19,052 bases of DNA. It comes from an uncultured Opitutales bacterium. GTDB lineage: Bacteria; Verrucomicrobiota; Verrucomicrobiia; Opitutales; Intestinicryptomonadaceae. The stretch covers positions 1-19,052 of the forward strand of contig CAKUIA010000024.1 in the NCBI GenBank assembly GCA_934660865.1. Direction: 5' to 3'. The translations under genes were made by a program, and so were the position numbers. The notes under the pieces were generated by a model. The model did no database searches and was not told the origin of the DNA. It saw only the letters and a program-made list of their open reading frames with translations. Positions 14,124-19,052 of the stretch are shown one piece after another (the first letter of the stretch is position 1; each line of letters begins with the position of its first letter).

Positions 14124-14709
14124 TGTTCCTTAAAAGGGATATGTAGTCTCTTAGCGCGCCTTCTGGTTCTACCGAGTTTTTTACGGCTTCGAGCACGGCA
14201 CTATATATCCTTTCGCCCGCAATTTGAGAGGCAGTTTCGGGCTTTGCCGAAAGGTCGGGAAGGTTTTTTGCCACCTCCCTTGCCATTCTTAGGGCGGAAA
14301 TGTCGGGCTTAATTTTGTCGAACGGGCTTTGTTTGCGGTCGGGCTTTTCCTCTTTTTTTACCTTGTCCCAAATCTTGAGCACGTCGCTTTCGCTTTCGGC
14401 GTGTTCCGTGCCGAAAACATGGGGGTGCCTGCGCACGAGTTTTTCGGCAAGCTCGTTTGCAACGTCGTTAAAGTTAAAAAGCTTTTGCTCGTCGGCAATT
14501 TCGCAGTGCAAAAGAATGTGCATTAAAATGTCGCCGAGTTCCTCGCGCATATTCGGGTAGTCTTTTTTGTCGATGGCGTCGAGCAGTTCGGCGCATTCCT
14601 CCACAAGGTGTCCCCTTACCGATTCGTGTGTCTGTTTTCTGTCCCACGGGCAGCCGTCGGGGGCGCGCAATTTTTTTATTATTCTAACAAGTTTGTCTAC
14701 CGATTCCAT
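14107..14709 (-). CDS. mazG: Nucleoside triphosphate pyrophosphohydrolase MazG
   Basis: LRAPDGCPWDRKQTHESV, LVEECAELLDAI, EELGDILMHIL (EExxE/D metal motifs) and RHPHVFG. The ORF opens at 14748, but the conserved N-terminus matches the ATG at 14709 (MESVDKLVRIIKKLR...). Confidence 0.82.
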   Translation of the reverse strand: MESVDKLVRIIKKLRAPDGCPWDRKQTHESVRGHLVEECAELLDAIDKKDYPNMREELGDILMHILLHCEIADEQKLFNFNDVANELAEKLVRRHPHVFGTEHAESESDVLKIWDKVKKEEKPDRKQSPFDKIKPDISALRMAREVAKNLPDLSAKPETASQIAGERIYSAVLEAVKNSVEPEGALRDYISLLRNNAPKQ

Positions 14710-14808
14710 TTTTTTATAAATTTCTGCGCACAATATAAAATGCCGCAAGGCGTTTTTAAAGCAAAAATTAAATTGCTTTTGCCGTGCATATTCTTTGAAT
14801 TTTCACAG

Positions 14809-15633
14809 ATGGATTTTTTCGGACAGCTAAGCCCCTCGAAAACTACCGCACTGCTCGGGCAGCTCGGTCATGTTCCCGACAAGCGGTTGGGGCAAAATTT
14901 TTTGATAGACGCAAACATTGTGCGCAAGTCGCTTGACTTTGCCGAAATTAAAGAGGGCGACATTGTTGTAGAAGTAGGCCCCGGCTTGGGAACCCTTACG
15001 GGGGCTTTGCTTGAAAGGGGCGCTTTTGTGTATGCCGTAGAGCTCGACAAGAGGCTTTTTGCCCATTTAAGCAGGCTTTTTGCGGACGAAAAGAACGTGG
15101 ATTTGCTTAACGCCGACGCGCTTGAAAAGCCCTTCGGCAACCTGCCCGACGGTGAAAGGAATTTTAAGATTGCCGCCAACTTGCCCTATGCGATAAGCAC
15201 TCCGTGGACGGATTTTGCCGTGCAGCGCGCGCCGCAAAGAATGTCGCTTATGCTGCAAAAAGAGGCGGCAAGCCGCTTTTCGGCAAAGGGCAAAAGCGCC
15301 GATTTTTGCCCGATAAGCATTTTGGTAAACTCCGCCTACGATGTGGACAATGTCTACAAAGTTTCGGCAAGCTGTTTTTACCCGCGCCCGAATGTAGACA
15401 GCGCGCTGCTCTCGCTAAAGATAAAGGAAAATCCCTTCTTCTTTAAAAAGCGCACAAAAGACTGCATAAGGCGCATATTTTCGCAAAGGCGAAAGCAGCT
15501 GGGTTCTATTATAAAGGCAATGGGCAATTCCTATGCCGGCGTAGACGGCTGGCTTGCCCTTGTAGGCGACACGAAGCTTCGCCCCGATGTTGTTCCGCTT
15601 GAGCTTTGGCAAAAACTGGATTCGTATTTATGA
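14809..15633 (+). CDS. rsmA: 16S rRNA (adenine1518/1519-N6)-dimethyltransferase RsmA/KsgA
   Basis: KRLGQNFLID, SAM-binding VVEVGPGLGTLT, and NLPYAIST. The track ORF begins at 14608, inside the mazG upstream region. The ATG at 14809 (MDFFGQLSPSK...) gives the normal length of about 275 aa. Confidence 0.88.
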   Translation: MDFFGQLSPSKTTALLGQLGHVPDKRLGQNFLIDANIVRKSLDFAEIKEGDIVVEVGPGLGTLTGALLERGAFVYAVELDKRLFAHLSRLFADEKNVDLLNADALEKPFGNLPDGERNFKIAANLPYAISTPWTDFAVQRAPQRMSLMLQKEAASRFSAKGKSADFCPISILVNSAYDVDNVYKVSASCFYPRPNVDSALLSLKIKENPFFFKKRTKDCIRRIFSQRRKQLGSIIKAMGNSYAGVDGWLALVGDTKLRPDVVPLELWQKLDSYL

Positions 15634-16412
15634 GCTTTTTTGTTTTAGCCTTGGCGGTATGTTTTGCGGCATACGCAGCGTTGTTTTGCATTGCGTATTT
15701 TTTCGGCGAAAAAATCGCGTATCCCGCCCCTAAAAGTTTTTACAAAGAAGGCGACATAAAGGAACTGTTTTTTATAGGCGGCAAAATGGCGGCTTTGTAT
15801 TTGCCGGGCAACAACGCAAAATATACATTGCTTTACAGCCACGGCAACGGCGAAGACATAGGCGAAATATACCCTTTGCTTAAAAAATACGCCGAAAACG
15901 GCTTTAATGTTTTAGCCTACGACTATTCGGGCTACGGGCTAAGCTCGGGCAGGCCCTCCGAAAGGGCGGTATATTCCAACGCCGACGCCGTATACGAATA
16001 TGCGCAAAAGGTTTTGAAAATAAGCCCTAAAAACATCGTTTTGGCTGGCTTTTCGATGGGCAGCGCGCCCACTTCGTATTTGGCCGAAAAGCACTCGAAA
16101 GAGCTTGCGGGCGTTGTGATTATGGGAGGCTTTGCCTCCGGCATTAGAACGGTTTTGCCGTTCAACATACTGCCGTTCGATTTGCTTGAAAACATAAAAA
16201 GGGTGCCTCGCATAGACAAAAACTGCAAAGTGCTTTTTATACACGGTACAAAAGACCGCATTGTTCCCTACCGCAACGGGCTTTTAATGTTCGAAAAGTC
16301 GGGCGGCAAAAAGCGCTTTGTGTGCATAAAGGGGGCCGCCCACCTAAATTTGTTCGACTTTGACAGCCAGCTATTTTGGAATAGCATAAACGACTTTAAA
16401 AATTCACTATGA
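15630..16412 (+). CDS. Membrane-anchored alpha/beta-fold serine hydrolase
   Basis: N-terminal TM helix, HGNGEDIG oxyanion region, nucleophile elbow GFSMGS, HGTKDRIVP (Asp) and GAAHLNLF (His). The ATG at 15630 forms an ATGA overlap with the rsmA stop. An upstream ATG at 15606 is possible. Confidence 0.7.
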   Translation: MSFFVLALAVCFAAYAALFCIAYFFGEKIAYPAPKSFYKEGDIKELFFIGGKMAALYLPGNNAKYTLLYSHGNGEDIGEIYPLLKKYAENGFNVLAYDYSGYGLSSGRPSERAVYSNADAVYEYAQKVLKISPKNIVLAGFSMGSAPTSYLAEKHSKELAGVVIMGGFASGIRTVLPFNILPFDLLENIKRVPRIDKNCKVLFIHGTKDRIVPYRNGLLMFEKSGGKKRFVCIKGAAHLNLFDFDSQLFWNSINDFKNSL

Positions 16413-16966
16413 AAAAAAAGGTTTTACAGATAATTTTCCCCGACTTCGAGGAGATAGAGGCATTGACGCCCGTAGACGTCCTTAGAAGGGCGGGGCTTGT
16501 TGTAGACTTGGCGGCAGTCGGCGAATCGCGCGAGGTTGTAGGCCGAAGCAAAATCAAGGTTTTTGCCGATACATCGCTTGCAGATGTGGACATTAGCGAA
16601 TATTGCGCCGTTGTAATAAGCGGCGGCAGCGGCGTATACAAGGTGCTAGACAACCCGCTTTTGCTTGGGGCTGTAAGGCTTGCAAATTCCATGAACATTC
16701 TCGTGTGCGCCATATGCGCCGCCCCGCTAATCCTGAAACAGGCGGGCGTTTTAGACGGCAAAAAATGCACGGGCTACCCCGATACCGCCGAAAAGCTCGG
16801 CAAGTTGTATTCCGCCGAAAGCGCGTGCGTTTTCGAGCAAAACATTTTAACTTCTAAAGGCATGGGAACTGCAACCGATTTTGCCCTGAAGATTGTGGAG
16901 ATTTTGCTTGGTCTTGAAAAAAGTTCGCAAATTGCCGAAAGCATTTGCTATAAAACAAACCGCTAA
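16409..16966 (+). CDS. DJ-1/PfpI (ThiJ) family protein
   Basis: 185 aa with the nucleophile-elbow Cys context LVCAICAAPLIL and the typical N-terminal KVLxIxxxxFEEIEAL and VVISGG. ATGA overlap with the preceding stop. Confidence 0.8.
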   Translation: MKKKVLQIIFPDFEEIEALTPVDVLRRAGLVVDLAAVGESREVVGRSKIKVFADTSLADVDISEYCAVVISGGSGVYKVLDNPLLLGAVRLANSMNILVCAICAAPLILKQAGVLDGKKCTGYPDTAEKLGKLYSAESACVFEQNILTSKGMGTATDFALKIVEILLGLEKSSQIAESICYKTNR

Positions 16967-16968
16967 AG

Positions 16969-18411
16969 ATGAGAGACGAAGACGTACTTATTACCGACTT
17001 TAGATACCTAAGCGAGGTTCTGCTTTTGGTGAACGTTTCGGTAAGCTTCTTTTTGGCGTGCATGCTATATGCCGTAAACTATACCCTGGCAATGGGGGTT
17101 GTGCAAATTTCGGGCGCCTTTGCCGTTGCCAATATCTTTTACTACAGAATGTCGTGGAGCGACTCTCAAACGGGAACAAGAACAAAGTTTTTGTGCTCGT
17201 TTTTGCCGTATGTTGTGCTGCTTGTAATTGCGGGCATTGCGGCGTATTACCCAATAATTTCGGCGGGCGGCAAAAACATTTCGCAGCCCGAATTTTATAC
17301 GATAGATCTAAACAACTCCAAGTTGATTGTAAGCGCGGCAATTTCGCCCGTAATGGGGTTTTTCGGCGAAATTACAACCGCAGCCGTGGTCGCGTTGGCG
17401 TTGTCGCTATATTTTGTAACAGATTCAAGATACGTGCTAAAGCGCATTTTGGCTGCGTGCCTTTTGCCCGTTGCGCTGCTTGCCGTTTTGGGCTTTGCAA
17501 TGGCCTTTTTCGACGGCAAAAATTCGGTGATAAATTTGGGGGTTATAGGCAAAAATTCGTTCTCGGTTTTTGCCGACAGCGCACATTGGGCCGCATTTGC
17601 AATATTGTGGCTGGGCGTTTCTTTTATGGTAATGCTGTATCAGGGGCAAAGATTCGACATGGGCGGCTTTGTGCTGTCGAAAAGGTTTTTGTTCCTGGCG
17701 GTTGCAGTGCTGCTTTATGCCAGCGTAATTTATGTGAATACCGCCGTATACGGCATAATAGCTTCGCTTGTATTTAGTTGCGGAATGGTTATTTTGGCCA
17801 TAGACGCCTTTCCCGATAAAAAGACGCAGATAAAATATTGGCCGTACCCGAACGAAAGGTTTGCAATTAGCCCGAAAATAAAATGTATATTGCCGTGTGT
17901 TTTGTATGCGCTTTTGGCGGCTGCGGGGCTGTTTTTTGCGGCAAAATACGCGTTCGGCACGGCCGACTACTACTACTTTTTTAACCCGCAAAATAGCGGG
18001 GCAATTAGCGTTGCCGACAAAGACTGCATTTTTGCCGATATTTACCCCATAATAAAAAGCAGGCCGTACTTCGGCTGGGGGGTAATGTCGTTCCCGTATT
18101 TGTACGGATTTTTTCAGGGGGCGGACATGGGGCAGGCGCTGTGGGGCACAAGCGGGTCTAGCCTGCTCGACGCGCTAATGCAGCGCGGCTATGTAGGCAT
18201 TGCGCTATGCCTGATAGTTCCCATAATCTATGCGGTTTGCTTTTTCGTTAAAAACAAGATTTCGGCAAGCGTAATTGCGGCCTGTATTGGGCTTTTGGGT
18301 TTGGCCATAACGGCGCTGTTTGCAAATGTGTTGCAGTCGTCGCTGGTTTGCCTTAGCTATATGCTGGTTTTGTTTGCCGTATTTTCGTGGGGCAAGGCAA
18401 AGATACGCTAA
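16969..18411 (+). CDS. Polytopic inner-membrane protein, weakly O-antigen-ligase/Wzy-like
   Basis: 480 aa with at least 10 hydrophobic segments. The loop RPYFGWGVMSFPYLYG resembles the (P)xFGxGxGxF motif of Wzy_C/O-antigen-ligase proteins. The functional call is tentative. The start lies 2 nt after the DJ-1 stop. Confidence 0.45.
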   Translation: MRDEDVLITDFRYLSEVLLLVNVSVSFFLACMLYAVNYTLAMGVVQISGAFAVANIFYYRMSWSDSQTGTRTKFLCSFLPYVVLLVIAGIAAYYPIISAGGKNISQPEFYTIDLNNSKLIVSAAISPVMGFFGEITTAAVVALALSLYFVTDSRYVLKRILAACLLPVALLAVLGFAMAFFDGKNSVINLGVIGKNSFSVFADSAHWAAFAILWLGVSFMVMLYQGQRFDMGGFVLSKRFLFLAVAVLLYASVIYVNTAVYGIIASLVFSCGMVILAIDAFPDKKTQIKYWPYPNERFAISPKIKCILPCVLYALLAAAGLFFAAKYAFGTADYYYFFNPQNSGAISVADKDCIFADIYPIIKSRPYFGWGVMSFPYLYGFFQGADMGQALWGTSGSSLLDALMQRGYVGIALCLIVPIIYAVCFFVKNKISASVIAACIGLLGLAITALFANVLQSSLVCLSYMLVLFAVFSWGKAKIR

Positions 18412-18418
18412 AAAAAGC

Positions 18419-18446
18419 TTGACCTGCCTGTACGGTAGTCTAAATT
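18419..18446 (+). promoter_or_regulatory. Candidate sigma70-type promoter for tRNA-Gln
   Basis: TTGACC (18419-18424), a 16-nt spacer, then TAAATT (18441-18446). The tRNA 5' end lies 14 nt downstream of the -10. Confidence 0.4.
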
Positions 18447-18460
18447 TAGCACCTTTAAAT

Positions 18461-18531
18461 TCCCTGGTGGTGTAATGGTAGCACAGATGATTTTGGTTCA
18501 TCTAGTCGGGGTTCGAATCCCTGCCGGGGAA
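18461..18531 (+). tRNA. tRNA-Gln (anticodon UUG), CCA not encoded
   Basis: TCCCTGG TG GTGT AATGGTA GCAC A GATGA TTTTGGT TCATC TAGT CGGGG TTCGAAT CCCTG CCGGGGA A. Cloverleaf with anticodon loop TT-TTG-GT and a TTCGAAT T-loop. Length 71 nt. Confidence 0.9.
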
Positions 18532-18544
18532 CTTAAAGAAATTA

Positions 18545-18586
18545 AGCTTCCGCCTCTTTTCCTTTCTTCGGCGGAGGCTTTTTTTG
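18545..18586 (+). terminator. Rho-independent terminator after tRNA-Gln
   Basis: AGCTTCCGCC (18545-54) pairs with GGCGGAGGCT (18570-79), giving a 10-bp stem with one G-U pair and a 15-nt loop, followed by TTTTTTT. Confidence 0.7.
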
Positions 18587-18597
18587 TGTCCAAATTT

Positions 18598-18888
18598 GGG
18601 GGACACCAAAGAGAGTGGATATTAACGAAAGACGCCGCATAGAACCAAGACCCTCAATCTGTAATTTTGACTCGCGTTTGCATACGCAAATTGTTTGATA
18701 CGTCGGTGCCTTTCGGTGCGTTTTGCAAATGCGTTTATACGCGACTTTGGCTTGTATTCACACTTCGGGTCTTTTGCCTACGGCAAAATCTTATTCGCTC
18801 TTCGCTTAAATTAAAAGTTTCTATACTTATAGGGTTGTTATGTCAGTTCCATATTCCTATGGGAGCTTTTATTATACCGTTATTTTTT
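18598..18888 (-). pseudogene. Decayed relic of a second, diverged ISL3-family element (3' end), interrupted by a 144-bp insertion and truncated by the neighbouring IS copy
   Basis: Minus strand 18668-18622 still reads QNYRLRVLVLCGVFR* (intact copy: ENYRLRVLVECGVKL*). 18888-18813 aligns at roughly 70% to the IS segment encoding NNGITEGFHRKMKLIQRRAYGYRNF, but with stops and frameshifts. Terminal GGGGGACACCAAAGAGAGTGGATA (18598-18621) resembles the IS end GGGGTCAACCCCAAAGGTTGTGGAATA. Confidence 0.7.
18669..18812. other. 144-bp insertion of unknown nature splitting the IS relic exactly between the ...YRNF and (E/Q)NYRLRVL codons
   Basis: In the intact copies GTAATTTT and AAAGTTTCTATAC are separated by a single C. 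In the relic they are separated by 18669-18812. The insert holds two GCGTTT(GC)ATACGC-type boxes in a partial dyad (TCGCGT...ACGCA // TGCGT...ACGCGA), a tandem CGGTGC repeat, and a hairpin TTTTGCC-TAC-GGCAAAA (18772-18788). Confidence 0.55.
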
Positions 18889-19052
18889 CGGGGTCAACCC
18901 CAAAGGTTGTGGAATAAGTTTTTTTTTGTAATTTGTTTTTCATAGTTTCACTCCGCATTCTACGAGTACTCTCAGTCTGTAATTTTCAAAGTTTCTATAC
19001 CCGTAGGCTCGACGTTGTATAAGTTTCATCTTCCTATGGAAGCCTTCGGTTA
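18889..19052 (-). mobile_element. ISL3-family insertion sequence, 3' (right) end only; the element continues right of the window, in inverted orientation to the left copy
   Basis: Reverse complement of 26-189 with 8 substitutions. The terminal 28 nt are identical to the left copy. Confidence 0.8.
18940..19052 (-). CDS. ISL3-family transposase, C-terminal 37 codons; 5'-partial at the window edge
   Basis: The minus strand reads ...TEGFHRKMKLIQRRAYGYRNFENYRLRVLVECGVKL*, stop at 18942-18940. The protein is identical to the left copy. The three nucleotide differences inside the coding part are all third-position synonymous changes (GGC/GGG, GGG/GGA, GTA/GTG). Confidence 0.8.
   Translation of the reverse strand, partial: TEGFHRKMKLIQRRAYGYRNFENYRLRVLVECGVKL

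Noticed and set aside
14608-14808. N-terminal extension of rsmA (ORF opens at 14608), and the extension of mazG to 14748
   Set aside because: The extensions overlap each other's divergent upstream regions and add non-conserved sequence ahead of the canonical family N-termini (MDFFGQL...KRLGQNFL and MESVDKLV...LRAPDGCPWD).
18667-18945. 92-aa + strand ORF in the right-hand non-coding region
   Set aside because: It runs across the 144-bp insert, the IS relic and the terminal repeat of the intact IS, antisense to the transposase remnants. It has no motif support.
1-19052. A true composite transposon or genomic island carrying accessory cargo
   Set aside because: The cargo is core housekeeping (two tRNAs, rsmA, surE, hemA, dus, mazG) in tightly coupled operons. 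The geometry is noted as a finding, but mobility of the block is not supported by anything visible.
1-19052. Very frequent TTTTGC / GCAAAA / GGCAAA strings throughout the window, as a possible dispersed repeat or binding-site array
   Set aside because: They occur inside coding regions on both strands without fixed spacing. They are explained by codon and dinucleotide usage (GCA-AAA, GGC-AAA, TTT-GCC). I could not discern any periodic or clustered arrangement.
1-19052. CRISPR arrays, toxin-antitoxin pairs, restriction-modification or other defence systems, prophage genes
   Set aside because: No direct-repeat/spacer structure is present, and no ORFs carry nuclease, methylase, helicase or phage structural motifs. 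Every sizeable ORF is accounted for by the families listed.

Overview
Bacterial chromosomal window. The taxon cannot be assigned from sequence alone; the Fe-S/flavin gene content suggests an anaerobe. All calls come from reading motifs by eye, with no searches run.

Both edges of the window are the 3' ends of two inverted copies of an ISL3-family insertion sequence (1-189 on +, 18889-19052 on -). They match at 156 of 164 visible nt. Each copy sits just past the rho-independent terminator of an outward-facing tRNA gene: tRNA-Gly(GCC) at 251-327 (-) and tRNA-Gln(UUG) at 18461-18531 (+). A third, decayed copy of the same IS family (18598-18888) abuts the right copy, was truncated by it, and carries a 144-bp insertion of unknown nature.

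Between the IS copies lie 18 tightly packed genes:
- a divergent orphan PstS-like binding protein (-)
- a long + operon: nuoE-like, nuoF-like, a 793-aa fusion protein, nfnB/gltD-like, surE, comF
- a - operon: CPBP protease, dus, secreted TPR protein
- polyprenyl synthase and a short hemA (+)
- mazG and a YgjP/DUF45 metallopeptidase (-)
- rsmA, alpha/beta hydrolase, DJ-1/PfpI, and a Wzy/O-antigen-ligase-like membrane protein (+)

The most unusual content is the redox operon at 1383-7519. It joins HydBC/NuoEF-type (Bfu-type) subunits to a complete NfnA+NfnB pair. NfnA is fused behind a NuoG/HydA-like Fe-S N-terminus and a vestigial molybdopterin-type domain. No hydrogenase H-cluster or full Mo-bisPGD catalytic domain is present.

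I saw no CRISPR array, prophage or recognisable defence system.
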